A stretch of DNA of 63,584 nucleotides, the filler included, from Chiloscyllium plagiosum (lineage: Eukaryota): assembly GCF_004010195.1 (NCBI RefSeq). It is 3 parts of one record of this genome, joined end to end, with 100 filler letters (N's around TTAATTAATTAA, not from the genome) between each part and the next. Parts side by side here need not be neighbours in the genome. Positions count along the whole stretch, not along the records: positions 1 to 30,642 come from NC_057716.1; positions 30,743 to 57,805 come from NC_057716.1; 1 more part is not named here. One strand, written 5' to 3'. Under the pieces are notes generated by a model. It was not told the origin of the DNA and searched no databases. It worked only from the letters and a program-made list of their open reading frames with translations. The position numbers and the translations under genes are program-made. Positions 25,232 through 37,966 of the stretch are shown one piece after another (positions within the stretch are counted from its first letter, which is position 1; the number at the start of each line of letters is the position of its first letter).

Positions 25232-28123
25232 AAGCAGTGATAATCAAAGTGAACCCTTAGATTGTGTAATTCGATTTGGTAAGCATTTTGTAAAGTACCA
25301 TATAACGCGTGTATTGCACAAGGTAGGAACTTGTGGGTTATTGTTCAGCGTTTGAACATTTGTGAAGACACAAAGAAATGAGTCTTGATGAATATGTCTC
25401 TGTGTGTTCGGAGAGACATAATAAGTGGGGTGCCACAAATGTCAGCCCTTAGATTCTCAGTTGCTTGCACTCTGTATTAAAGGTGTGTCTTTTTTGGGGG
25501 AAGGGGGTGTAGAATGCAATCAATGCATATTTGATTATGGTAAAGATGGGTTGGAGTGCATGGTGTGATAAGGATGTAAGAAATATTCACTAAGTAATTG
25601 GAAGGTAGAGTTCATTATAATAAAGTGTGAGGTGAAACATTTCAGAAGGAATAATAAAAAAGCAACTGATTATTTATATGGAGAGAGACTGCGAGAACAA
25701 ATGACCAGCGCAGAGATTTGTGTGTTGTTGTGCGTGCAAGGTCTGAGAAAGCATAAGCATTGATCAATTTCCAGGACTTGATCATGTGTATGCAAGGGCA
25801 TTGTGGAAGGAAAGATATGTAGGTTGGAGAGTTGGGCTGAGAAATTGCAGATGGAGTTCAATCCTGTCAAATGCGACGTCATGCATTTTGGAAGATCCAA
25901 TTCAAGAGCAAATTATACAGTAAGTGGAAATGTCCAGAGGAAAATTAATGTACAGAGAGACCTCTGGGTGTTCAAGTCCTTTGATCCCTGAAGGTGGCAA
26001 TGCAGGTCAATAGATTTGTCAAGAAGATATATGAAATGTATTCCGTCATCGAACGAGGTATTGAGTACAGGATTTGGCAGGTCATGTTACAGTTCAATAA
26101 GACTATGGTTCAGCATTATATCCGGTAGATTTCTGGTTGCCCACATTACCAAAATGATGTGGATGATTTGGAGAGAGTGCAGAAGAGTTTCACTAGAATA
26201 TTACCTGATATGGAGAGTGCAAGCTATGAAGAGACGTTGAGTAGATTAGGATTATTTTCATTAGAAAGGCAGAGGTCGAGGAGCGGGAATCTGAATGACG
26301 TCTATAAAATCATGAGAGGCATAGATAGGGGGGGATAGCAAGATGTTTTTTTTCCCAAAGTGGCGTACTGAGATTTTAGGGGCCAGGAGTTCAACGTGAG
26401 ATTTGATTTGTTGATTGGAGGTATATTTGTTAAATTCATTATGCAGAGGGTGGGGGTGCCTAGAACGCGTTGCCAGTAGTAGTGTTAGTGGTGGACACAG
26501 TAGAGTCGTTTAAGATCTATCTAGACAAATATATGAACGGGCAGGGAGCAAAGGGACACAGATCCTTAGAAAATATGCTTTGATAGAAGAACTGTATCGA
26601 CGCAGGCTTGGAGGGATGAAGGGCTATTCCTATGCTGAAATATTCTTCGTTATCTTATCTTTGCTCTTTGTTCTTTGAAACAAGCAGTGATAATCAAAGT
26701 GAACCCTTAGATTGTGTAATTCGATTTGGTAAGCATTTTGTAAAGTATCATATAAAGCGTGTATTGCACAAGGTAGGAACTTGTGGGTTATTGTTCAGCG
26801 TTTGAACATTTGTGAAGACACAAAGAAATGAGTCTTGACGAATATGTCTCTGTGTGTTCAGAGAGACATAATAAGTGGAGTGCCACAAATGTCAGCCCTT
26901 AGATTCCCAGTTGCTTGCACTCTATTAAAGGTTTTTTTTTTGGGGGGGAGGGGGTGTAGAATGCAATCAATGCATATTTGATTATGGTAAAGATAGGTTT
27001 GAGTGCATGGTGTGATAAGGATGTAAGAAATCTTCACTAAGTAATTGGATGGTAGAGTTCATTATAATAAAGTGTGAGGTAAAGCACTTCAGAAGGAATA
27101 ATTAAAAAGCAAATGATTGTTTATATGGAGAGAGACTGCGAGAACAAATGACCAGAGAGATTTGTGTGTTGTTGTGCGTGCAAGGTCTGAGAAAGCATAA
27201 GGATTGATCAATTTCCAGGACCTGATCATGTGTATGCAAGGGCATTGTGGAAGGAAAGATATGTAGGTTGGAGAGTTGGGCTGAGAAAATGCAGATGGAG
27301 TTCAATCCTGTCAAATGCGACGTCATGCATTTTGGAAGATCAAATTCAAGAGTAAATTATACAGTAAGTGGAAATGTCCAAGGAAAATTAATGTACAGAG
27401 AGACCTCTGGGTGTTCAAGTCCTTTGATCCCTGAAGGTGGCAATGCAGGTCAATAGATTTGTCAAGAAGACATATGAAATGTCTTCCATCATCGAACGAG
27501 GTATTGAGTACAGGATTTGGCAGATCATGTTACAGTTCAATAACACTATGGTTCAGCATTATATCTGGTAGATGTCTGGTTGCCCACATTACCAAAATGA
27601 TGTGGATGATTTGGAGAGAGTGCAGAAGAGTTTCACTAGGATATTACCTCATATGGAGGGTGCAAGCTATGAAGAGACGTTGAGTAGATTAGGATTATTT
27701 TCATTAGAAAGACAGAGGTCGGGGAGCGGGAATCTGAATGACGTCTATAAAATCATGAGAGGCATAGATAGGGGGGATAGCAAGATGTTTTTTTTCCCAG
27801 AGTGGCGTACTGAATTTTTAGGGGCCAGGAGTTCAACGTGAGATTTGATTTGTTGATTGGAGGTATATTTGTTAAATTCATTATGCAGAGGGTGGGGGTG
27901 CCTAGAACGCGTTGCCAGTAGTAGTGTTAGTGGTGGACACAGTAGAGTCATTTAAGATCTATCTAGACAAATATATGAACGGGCAGGGAGCAAAGGGACA
28001 CAGATCCTTAGAAAATATGCTTTGATAGAAGAACTGTATCGACGCAGGCTTGGAGGGATGAAGGGCTATTCCTATGCTGAAATATTCTTCGTTATCTTAT
28101 CTTTGCTCTTTGTTCTTTGAAAC
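25232..28123. repeat. Tandem duplication, 2 x ~1450 bp of a CR1 mosaic
   Basis: aagcagtgataatcaaagtgaaccc occurs at 25232 and 26682; paired ORFs at 25803/27247 and 26016/27459. Confidence 0.95.
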
Positions 28124-28139
28124 TATAGGAACCCAGCAG

Positions 28140-29578
28140 ATATAGTTGAATCATTTATACACACAGGTGAAGTAATGGAGGACTGGAGGGTGCCTAGTGC
28201 TGCGCCTTTAGAACGGCTGGAAGGAAAAGCATGGAAACGATAGTCTATGTGTCTGACATTGGTGATGAGTAAGTTGTTGGAAGACATTGTGAAAGCTAAG
28301 ATTTACATGCATGGAGAGGGAAGGGCTGATTTGTGTTGGTCAGAAAGACTTTGGATGAGATGAATCATGTCTTATACACTTGATTTTAGTTTGTTTTAAA
28401 TGAAGTAAACAGAAAGATTGATTGTAGCAGAATGGTAGATGTTGTTTAAATGACCAATAGCAAAGCCTTTGACAAGGTTCTGCATGGTAGACCAATTAAT
28501 AAAGTTAGAGCACATGGGATTGCGGGTAAGCTTGACAACTGGATGCAAATTCGGTTTTACAGAAGGAGACAGAATAGAGGATTTTGCTTTGGCGTGGAAG
28601 TCTTTGACAAGCAGTGTTCCATAGGGATCTGTACTGGATGGACTTTTGTTTGTCATTGATGTAAAATGTTAGGATGATAATATCGAAGGCATGGTTGGTA
28701 CATTTACAGATGACACCAAAATTGCTGTAATATTGGGCAGTGAGACAGTTGTCTGCGATTGCAAAGAGATATTATTCAATTAGGTCAGGGGATTGAGGAG
28801 TGACAGATGGAGATTAGATAAAGTAAATGTGAGGTACTGCATTTTGATAAAATAAAGAAGTGCATGACGTAAAACAAATAATTATACGATCCCAAGTAGT
28901 ATTTTAGGCCTTAGAGATCGAGGGAGTTTGGTACATACTTCTTTGAACTTTGAATCAAACGTGGAAAACGTATTTTAGAAGGCATTTAATATGTTTGCCT
29001 TCGTCACTCAGACGTTTCACTACAGGTGCCGGTATTTCATATTGAGGTTGTACAGGGCATTGATAAGGCCTCCTTTGGAGTACTGGGTCCAGTTCTGATC
29101 ACTCAGTCAGAGGAAGGATATTATTAAGCTGATTAGAGTGAAAATATATTTATCGGAAAGTTGCTAAGAATGGAGGGATTGGGGTATAAGGAGAGATTGA
29201 ATCGGATCATATGTTTTATTCCCTGGACCGCAGAAGATCCACGGGTAACATTATAAAATCATGAGGAATATTGATAAGGTGAATGGCATGTTTCTGTTCC
29301 CTCGGACAGAAGAATTCTAAACCAGCGAGAATATTTTAAAGTGAGAAGAGAAAGATTTCAAAAGTGCATGCGGGACAATTTGTTCTTACATAGAGATATT
29401 AGTGTGTGTAATGCACTTTCAAAGGAAGTGACGGGTGCAGGTACAATTACAACATTTAAAAGATGTTTGGGTAGGTACAAGAATCGGAAAGGGTTGGAGC
29501 GATATGGGCCAAACTTAGGCTGGTAGTATTAGTTGAACAAAAGGTGTGCTTCCATGTTGTTCGACTCTGTGACTATGT
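28140..29578 (+). mobile_element. Decayed CR1 LINE (RT to 3' UTR)
   Basis: SKAFDKVLHGRPINKVRAHGIAGKLDNWMQ, and the 3' end ...AGTITTFKRCLGRY. Confidence 0.85.
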
Positions 29579-30642
29579 TTATTTTGCCTTTCATAAAAAT
29601 GTTAATGACTTTCCAATATCTGTGTCAAAGTGAATACTTATTCTTAAAATGGATTTCCTAGTTTTAGTCACCCATACAAGAGGAAATGTCCATCAGGTAT
29701 TGACCTGATACACAATTTTCAAGATCTTGTTTCGTACATCAGAAAGATCACTTATACTGTGAACTAAAATGCATATCATTCATAATACAAGGCCTTCAAA
29801 TCAGAAACAATAAATTGAAGTACCTTTGGAAGTTTCTAAATCAAATGATTTTTTTCCGGAAACCAAAAAAACTGCGGATCACGGATATAGACTGATCTCT
29901 GGAGCACTCGACTTGTTTCCGTTTTTCAAGCAGAAAATCAATTTAAAACTCTACTCACAACGTCTTGTTGTAAATCAGGAACAAAAAAACAGAATCTCCT
30001 GGAAAGTCTCAGCGGATCTGGCAACTTCTGTGAAGAGAAATCAGAGTTAACATTTTACGTCTGGTGAACCTTCCTCTGAATGGTGTCCTTCCTCAGTTTG
30101 AATCTTTCTTTTTGTCAGTTTAGGATTCAAAACAGTTCACACTGCATCAGGTGTGATCTCAGCGATTTCCTGTACTGATGCAGTAAAACATTCCTACGAT
30201 TCAACCTGATACCCTTTGCAGCATCATTCCATTTATGTTCCTAATCATTTGCTGCACATGCTGACTAACTTTACATGATTCATACAACAGAACTCACAAA
30301 TCCTTCTGTGTCCCTGGTTCCACAATCTCTCACATTTAAACAGTTACTGCTATTATATCCTTTTGCCAAAACATTAACTGTCATAATTCACATTAAACAG
30401 TCTCTGTTGAAGGTTTTCATACTAAACTACCCCTGTCTGTATCCCATTGTTGACTCTCTGCGTCCAGTTGACAATGTATTGAATGGCTATGTTGATATAT
30501 TAGCCCATTGAGCTGAAATCCATCGGGTTATTCAAATAACTGTAACCAATGGAGTGCCTTAGAGGTTCATCTGCATCAGTTTTCCAATCTGCAAACCAAT
30601 ATTACTCTCTACGCACTACTTCCTGTTATAATAAGGGGTCTG

Positions 30643-30742
30643 NNNNNNNNNNNNNNNNNNNNNNNNNNNNNNNNNNNNNNNNNNNNTTAATTAATTAANN
30701 NNNNNNNNNNNNNNNNNNNNNNNNNNNNNNNNNNNNNNNNNN
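30643..30742. other. Assembly gap with artificial linker (44N-TTAATTAATTAA-44N)
   Basis: Directly visible; an identical construct lies at 57806-57905. Confidence 0.97.
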
Positions 30743-30930
30743 CCCCCTCCCCCACTCACCCATTGTACTCTATGCTACTTTCTCCCCACCCCCCCCCTCC
30801 TCTAGCTTATCTCTCCACCTTCAGGCTCACTGCCTTTATTCCTGATGAAGGGCTTTTGCCCGAAACGTCGATTTCGAAGCTCCTTGTTTGCTACATGAAC
30901 TGCTGTGCTCTTCCAGCACCACTAATCCAG
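30743..30930 (+). mobile_element. Penelope pLTR fragment
   Basis: Pyrimidine-rich segment followed by a hammerhead-like core and the typical terminal motif tgctgtgctcttccagcacc. Confidence 0.75.
30838..30873 (+). ncRNA. Minimal type I hammerhead ribozyme motif
   Basis: CTGATGA (30842-48), a, GGGC-tttt-GCCC, GAAA (30862-65), c, GTC; stem I is only about 2 bp. Confidence 0.55.
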
Positions 30931-31689
30931 AAGAGACTCCTCCGTCACCAGCTCATTGCCCCCTGTGCCAGACCGTTTCAATGTCAGAGGCATGTTTCTT
31001 ACTGCTGGGCCCACGTCATCGATGTTATCATAATGGCCTTCCACTATCCGCTTCATCACCACCAGTGCAGGAACCAACCAACAACAAGTCTCCAATCCTC
31101 AGGCATTTCCTTTTGCTGCTGGGCCCTATCTCACTCACGTTGCCTCTGCTGATGTCGCAGCTGCCAATTCCAGGTCATGTGCTTGGTCCAGAAAAGTAAG
31201 TAAGGACTCACTCTCCTCCGCATTTGGCTCACCTTGAGGTCCAAACCCTGAGTCTCGCTTGAGGTCAGTAAACTACAGAATGAAAAGTGGAGGAGAAAAT
31301 AAGAAAAGGAAAGCAGGTCAGAGTGTACAAGCTCCAGCAAAGGAGATATTGGACCGGGAACACTGGAATAAAAGGATCCTTCTATTGGAGATGAAGGTTC
31401 GTGGCGTATCTCAGGAATATGTCCTTGGGTCCCAGCTATTCGCAAACATCTCAAACATTTGGTTGACGGAATCAATTGCAATATATCTCAGTCTGCTGTA
31501 GGAGAAATGTATTGAGGAGATTCCCGGCCATGGTGAGAACGTGGGAGGCTCACTGTGTTGAATTACATACTCCTTTCCCAATGTTTCTATGCGGTCTGTG
31601 GGAAAGCTCTGTCAATGATGTCACAAGCTCTCAGATGTTAGGAAGGAGATCTCTGTAGGGTTGACAGGCCTGTTTTTCCTTTTCCGATG

Positions 31690-32010
31690 CAGAAGCCGGT
31701 GCCGGGTGTTCTGTCCGGTTTTATCCTTTAAAACATCGGAGCAGTTTGATACAATTGGCCATTTCAGAGACCATTGAAGAGTTTATCACATGTCTGTGTG
31801 TCTGGAGTCACTTTCAGGCTAGACCAGGAAAACACGGGAGATTCACTTCTTGAAAGTACATTGGGGAAGCAAATTGGTGTTTACAATTGACATTGGCTTC
31901 ATTATTACTGACACCAGATTTTAGATAGCGATATTTTATTAATTGTTATTAACTGTCAATAGCTGTCAGAGTATTAGCCTGGTCTGGATTAGTAATCCAG
32001 TGACATTTCC
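31690..32010 (-). mobile_element. Diverged copy of the non-HE1 SINE family
   Basis: Reverse similarity to 24130-24478 (tctggagtcac..gctagaccagg; ctggattagtaatccagtgac). Confidence 0.55.
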
Positions 32011-32019
32011 ATTTCCACA

Positions 32020-32860
32020 TGGGGACCTGTCGCAAACCACACTGAGCAGTTTTTGTTCTGTGCTGCTTGACAACTTTGTCAAAAAGAACCCCCAACAATT
32101 TGACTGTCATGATGGAATTGAGGGGGTGATGTTGGTCATACTGTAATTATTCACCTCTTAAGGGACTTGTCATAGTTGAGTGATTTTCCACATTGCCATA
32201 TAGATGTCAGAGTTGGAACTGGAATGAAACAGCTTCCCCAGGGACAGGGCTTGTTGTACATTGCCTTTGTCATATCTACTGTGTTCAGATGTTTCTTCAT
32301 GTCACATAGAGCGAGTCTGATTGTTTGAAAACTGCCATCTGTAATTCTGTGGGCATCCTGACGAGGTGAGGTAGATCATTAACTCAACACTTCTAGCTGA
32401 GTATGGCGCAGATAACTACATGCTTGTCTTTTCCACTGATGTGCAGGGCTGTTCCATTATTAAGGAGGGGGACATGTGTTAGGTCCTCTCCTGCAGTGAG
32501 TAGTTTAATCCATTAATGTCTGGATGTGGCAGGACAGTAGAGCTTCGAACTGATCTGTTGGTCTTGCCATCATCCCGCCCTCCCTATCAGTTGGTAGTTC
32601 TTCTGTTTGGAACGCAAACAGTCAAGTGTGGTAGCTCTATGGATTACCATCAGTTTTAGGTACACATAGTTCTGCCCTGGCATGTTCACCACACTCGTAG
32701 CTGAAGCATAGATCCGCTTATTGGTAATGGTCGACTGAGGGATAATCCCAGGCAAAAAGTTACAGATTATGGTTGAATATAATTTTGCTTCTGTTGCTGT
32801 TGTGGTCCACAGCATCACATGGAGCACGCAGTGTGAGCTGCAATATCTCCAATACAGTCC
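32020..32860 (-). mobile_element. Decayed CR1-superfamily LINE fragment
   Basis: Similar to 4900-5650 (e.g. atgtggcaggac, ggttgaatataattttgct). Confidence 0.55.
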
Positions 32861-32912
32861 TGCTGCCTGTCCCCCAGTTCACACCAAGTCCGACTCACCC
32901 ATCAACCATGTA

Positions 32913-33144
32913 GTCATGATTTGGAGATGTCGGTGTTAGACTGGGGTGTACAAAGTTAAAAATCACACAACACCAGGTTATACTCCAACAGGTTTAATTG
33001 GAAGCACACTAGCTTTCAGAGCGATGCTCCTTCATCAGGTGATTGTGAAACATCACAATCACCTGATGAAGAGCGTCGCTCCGAAAGCTAGTGTGCTTCC
33101 ATTTAAACCTGTTGGACTATAACCTGGTGTTGTGTGATTTTTAA
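32913..33144. mobile_element. Penelope-derived foldback element with two opposed hammerhead motifs, inserted in an L2 fragment
   Basis: Inverted arms at 32955-33047 and 33053-33145; TSD ccatcaacca(t/c)gta at 32899-32912 and 33145-33158. Confidence 0.88.
33060..33093 (+). ncRNA. Minimal type I hammerhead ribozyme motif (mirror copy on - strand at 33007-33041)
   Basis: cac-CTGATGA-a-gagcgtcgctc-c-GAAA-gc-TA-gtg, with stem I cac/gtg and a stem II hairpin. Confidence 0.6.
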
Positions 33145-33699
33145 CCATCAACCACGTACTCAGTGACCTACTGTGGTTTCTGATGTGACACACTTCCAAT
33201 TTTATATTCTCATTCTACTGAGGGTCTCTCCATGGTGTCACACTTACAACTTGCCTCATTGCCCAACACCCTTTAACATAATCATCTGAATCCTTTCCTT
33301 TCCAGTACATGCTACCTTCTGTGTTTAGAGTGAATGCATGTCCCTCTGTTTCTCTCCCTGACTAACAGTAAGAACTCTGTAGTTTCAGTGATACCAGCTT
33401 TAGGTCATTTCAGAGACACGGAAATTATGCATCTTGTGTTATCTTTCACTTCCCGGTATTTGTGCTCCAGGTTGAACAGGGCATTTGAGCCACGTTGACA
33501 CATGTCTTTGAAACGTGGTGAAAAGCAGAAATTGCTGGAGAAATTAAGCAGGTCTGGCAGCATCATTGGAGTGAAAGCAGACTTAATCATTTGGGTGCAG
33601 TGATCATTCTTCAAGGCTCACAATTTTTTTTGTTCTCATTTCAGATTTGAAGTATCTAGAGTTATTTGTTTTATTGAAACTGCGCTTTTTTCATTTCTA

Positions 33700-34390
33700 G
33701 AGAAACAGAATATCTGTTAGCATCTGTGGAGACAGTGAAATACAGTTAGCGTTTCAGGTCCAGTGTGACTCCTCTTCAGAACAGAAAAGGATTGGAAATG
33801 GGCTTTTAAATCCCTTGAGAGAGATAGAGGAGGGGTGACGGGAAACAAGATGGTGTGGAGGAGCAAAGCCACAGACAAATGGACTTTTGTTTCTGGTAAA
33901 AGAGAATCAAATGTAAAATGAATACTAATTAGATTGTGAAGTGGGGGCGGAAATGGTTTCCTTAATTAAGTGCAAGACAAACGATTCACAAACAGGGTAA
34001 GTTCATTCGGAGACCAGGAGAAAGAATGTATTAAGAATGTGGCCATAATGTGTTCAGGCTGTGGAAGTATGGAATTGAATAAAAACTCCTTCAGGAAAGA
34101 ACGTACCAAAGTCTAAAGTGGGGTGTTACTCGAGGTTGGGTTGTGCTTCATTGGAGAATTACAGCAGCCCAGGACTGAAATATTAGCATGAGAGCAAGGT
34201 AAGTTATTGAAATGGGAAGCAATGAGAAGGTCAGGGTTATTTCCACAGAGAGTGGGAGTGCTCCTCAAAACAGTCTCTGTTTGGTCTCCCCAATGTAAAG
34301 GAGACGGCAGTATGAACAGCAATGACAGGAGACTGGATTGAAAGAGTACAAATGAAATGCTGCTCCATCTGGAAGGTGTGTATTGTGTTG
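33700..34390 (-). mobile_element. Decayed Penelope-like element (GIY-YIG region plus pLTR)
   Basis: FQMEQHFICT...LHWGDQT (frameshifted YIGET)...FEEH; IASHFN. Confidence 0.7.
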
Positions 34391-34489
34391 TTAAGAAATA
34401 ACGAATGTGTATGTGATCTTTTCAAATGTCCAAATTAATTTCTTCTTATATGTAGACTACCTAGTTCCACAACTTGGAGACAGTAAGTA

Positions 34490-36075
34490 CTATAGGTGCA
34501 GGAGGCCAGAGTTAATAAACTTGGAGCTGGATAAATACAGCATACCAGACAGAATCAGAGGAGGAACAAAGGCAATATTCAAAGTTTGTGAGAAGATTTG
34601 TAGCTCAGGTGCTCGTTGTTGTGGTTCTGTTCGCCGAGCTGGGAAGTTGTGTTGCAGACGTTTCATCCCCTGTCTAGGTGACATCCTCAGACTTTGGGAG
34701 CCTCCTGTGAAGCGCTTCTGTGACCTTTCCTCCGCCATTTGTAGTGGTTTGAATCTGCCGCTTCCGGTTGTCAGTTCCTGCTGTCAATTGCAGTGGTCGG
34801 TATATTGGGTCCAGATCGATGTGCTTATTGATTGAATCTGAGAATGAGTGCCATGCCTCTAGGAATTCCATGGCTGTTCTCTGGTTTGGCTTATCATATA
34901 ATAGTAGTGTTGTCCCAGTCGAACTCATGTTGCTTGTCATCTGCGTGTGTGACTACTAAGGATAGCTGATCGTGTCGTTTCATGGCTAGTTGGTGTTCAC
35001 TACAAAATGTCTGCAACACAAATTCCCAGCTCGGCGAACAGAACCACAACAAAGGCAACATTTTGATCTTGGACCTTTCGTCAGGACTGGTGAGGGGAGG
35101 GGAGCCCAGAAATGGAGTGATGGGATATGGAAGGCGTGGCATGCTTGTGTGGTGGTCGGTGCATGCAGGTATGAGGTTACTGTGATTGGTCAGTGGGAAG
35201 GGTGGAGAAGATACGTGCGTGGGACGATGGACAGGTGGGTCTGGTCATGGAAAAGGGACATGGGATAAGGATGTGGGTGGAAGGAATTTGAATCGGCCTC
35301 CGTCAATATTGAGGCCATTGGGCTATGAACTTCAAAGGTAAACTCTCAGGTGGTGTTCCTCTGACTAAGGATGGGCATGTCGCCGGGCGAGTGGAAGGGG
35401 GAATTAAATTTAATGGTAACTGGAAAGTCGGGTTGGTTGTTTCGTGCAGAGCACTAATGCTCCACACAGAACCTGATCGTGGCCTACCGAGGTTGTGTCC
35501 AACTCTCACCATGGTCTCTTCTATGTTGTGGAGACCAAAGGGAGACTCAGAGACATATTCATGGAGCATTCGCTCTCTGCACACTTTAACTAACCCAACA
35601 TCCAGTTGCCATCCATTTCATTCACTACCCCCCACCCGTGCTTATCCGGTAACAGGTCCATCTTTGGCCTGCTCCACTGTCAGAGTGAGGCCAAACAGAA
35701 ACTGGGGAACACAGCCTGATATTTCAGCTGGAGATCTTAGAGCTCAATGGTCTCAATATTGACTTCACTGGCTCCAAAATCACTCTACCCATAGCCTTAC
35801 CCCATGTCCCCCTTCCCTGACCTGACCACAGCTGCCCATCTTCCCATTCACATATCCGTTGCACCCTTCCCACTGATCAACCACAATAATATCCTGCCTG
35901 CAACCCCCTATCGCCATTCCAGCTACCCTTCCACCAGCCCCACGCCCCTCCCTCTATTTACTTCCGGGCTCCCCTTACCCCAACCCAATCCAGATGAAGT
36001 CTTTCAGCCTAAAACGTGAACTTTCCTGATCCTAGGATGCTGTCTCACCTGCTGTGCTTTTTCAGCTTCATATGT
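34490..36075. mobile_element. Inverted pair of Penelope 3' fragments (host element)
   Basis: A minus arm (~34490-35500) and a plus arm (~35525-36075, ETKGRLRDIFMEH...PVAIHF) each end in a degenerate pLTR. Confidence 0.65.
34580..35048 (-). mobile_element. Second Penelope family, nested insertion with inverted terminus
   Basis: MEFLEAWHSFSDSINKHIDLDPIYRPL (PLE C-terminus); hammerhead-like CTGAGGA...GAAAcGTC on the - strand at 34657-34690; inverted copy at 35004-35052; TSD acaaaggcaa(t/c)att. Confidence 0.8.
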
Positions 36076-36095
36076 ATTGGCTACATAGTTGCACG

Positions 36096-36486
36096 TTGAG
36101 ACCTTATCAGCAACAGATTTTATTGTGCTTTTTATTCATTCTTTTTTCTCTGTTTACTGACAAGCTTATCTCAACGTTCTCACTGCAGGATCTGCGAAAG
36201 TCTTTTTGTCAATAATGCTTCTGTCTGCTTCGAACTGATTTCCTTTGTTTTAACCATACTTTCATCACTGCTGTTCGCAATGGCATTGTGATTGAGACCT
36301 TGTCAGCAACAGATTTTATTGTGCTTTTTATTCATTCTTTTTTCTCTGTTTACTGACAAGCTTATCTCAACGTTCTCACTGCAGGATCTGCTAAAGTCTT
36401 TTTGTCAATAATGCTTCTGTCTGCTTCGAACTGATTTCCTTTGTTTTAACCGTACTTTCAACTCTGCTGTTCGCAATAGCATTGTA
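36096..36486. repeat. Tandem duplication, 2 x 196 bp
   Basis: ttgagacctt(a/g)tcagcaacagattttattg occurs at 36096 and 36292. Confidence 0.95.
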
Positions 36487-36539
36487 AATGCCACTCTTGT
36501 TATGCTGTAGCTTAATCACACCACGTCCAATATACTTCA

Positions 36540-37370
36540 CAACTTCCTTGTTCTTATATTCCACACATCTATTCATAAACACAAAAATCCATTAAGTCCT
36601 TCTATAATTTCCTGTCTTCTGTGTCTCTCTCACCTTAAACGGGGAGGTTACATTTTCCAATTCTCCATCACTCCAAAGTTTCCTGAACGATCACTAGCAA
36701 TGCCTCCACAATTACCTTCGATATCACTTTAGAAAGACGAGGTGTCGTCCAGCTGGTCTCGCTGATTGGTCCAACTTCACCTTCCCCAGCACCTTCTCCT
36801 TACTCTATCCGCTGACTGTCTTGAAGTTCTGGAATTTTGCTGGTGTCTTCCACTGTGAAGACTGATGTAAAGTATCTATTCAATTCCTCTGCCATTCCAT
36901 TGCTTCCCATAACTACTCAAACCTCATTTTCCAACAGTCCTTTGTTTTTTTGACTCCCTGTCTTTCTTGTTATATATCTAAAAATCGCTTTCAATATTCT
37001 TTTACACGATTAAGAAGCGTAATGTCATATTTCACCCTCTCCTCCCATTTGCTGTTATTAGTTATCGTGCTGGAATTTGTAGGCTTCGTAATCCTTTGGA
37101 TTCCCAATAATCTTCACCACACTGTGTGCATTTCCTTTTGTTTTTATGCTGTCCCTGAGTTCTTTATCACTCACGGCTGACTTGTCTTCTGCTGAATATT
37201 GCTCTTCTTACTTGGGATGAATTTCTGATGTGCTGCTGAATTATCTCCAGATACTCCTGTCATTGCAGCTTCACCATCTTCCCGGGCTCAGCTTCCCTTC
37301 CAACTAACTCTGGTCAACGCCACCCTCATGTCCTTTTAGTTACATTACTCAATTATAAGACATCACATCC
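36540..37370 (-). mobile_element. Decayed CR1 LINE ORF2 fragment
   Basis: Reverse strand gives EELNRYFTSVFTVED-like text (gaggaattgaatagatactttacatcagtcttcacagtggaagac). Confidence 0.7.
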
Positions 37371-37647
37371 AAAAGTGAGCAATAGATGTAAACTGAAGGA
37401 GGGACGTCTGAGGCATGGGACAGAAAGAACGATTGGAGGATTTATTAATTAGATCAAAAGAGAGATCGAGAGAATCAGAGAGAGAGATAGTGAGAACATA
37501 GACATGGAGATATAAAATAGAGACGTTTACATGACTGATAGAAGTAGATGTACTTCTTTATTTGGTTTAACAATTCCTGTGTGGTGTGGTCCTTTGTACA
37601 GTATATGTGCAACAGATTAATATGTTGAAATGTGGGTCTGATGCTAG

Positions 37648-37966
37648 TAGATTAGATTAGATTAGATTACAGTGTGGAAACAGGCCCTTCGGCCCAACAA
37701 GTCCACACCGACCCGCCGAAGCGAAACCCACCCATACCCCTACATTTACCCCATACCTAACACTACGGGCAATTTAGTATGGCCAATTCACCTGACCCTG
37801 CACATCTTTGTGACTGTGGGAGGAAACCGGAGCACCCGGAGGAAACCCACGCAGACACGGGGAGAACGTGCAAACTCCACACAGTCAGTCGCCTGAGGCG
37901 GGAATTGAACCCGGGTCTCTGGCGCTGTGAGGCAGCAGTGCTAACCACTGTGCCACCGTGCCGCCC
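37648..37966 (-). mobile_element. Full-length HE1-type SINE (young)
   Basis: Reverse complement of 18561-18879, with a (TAGAT)n tail. Confidence 0.95.
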
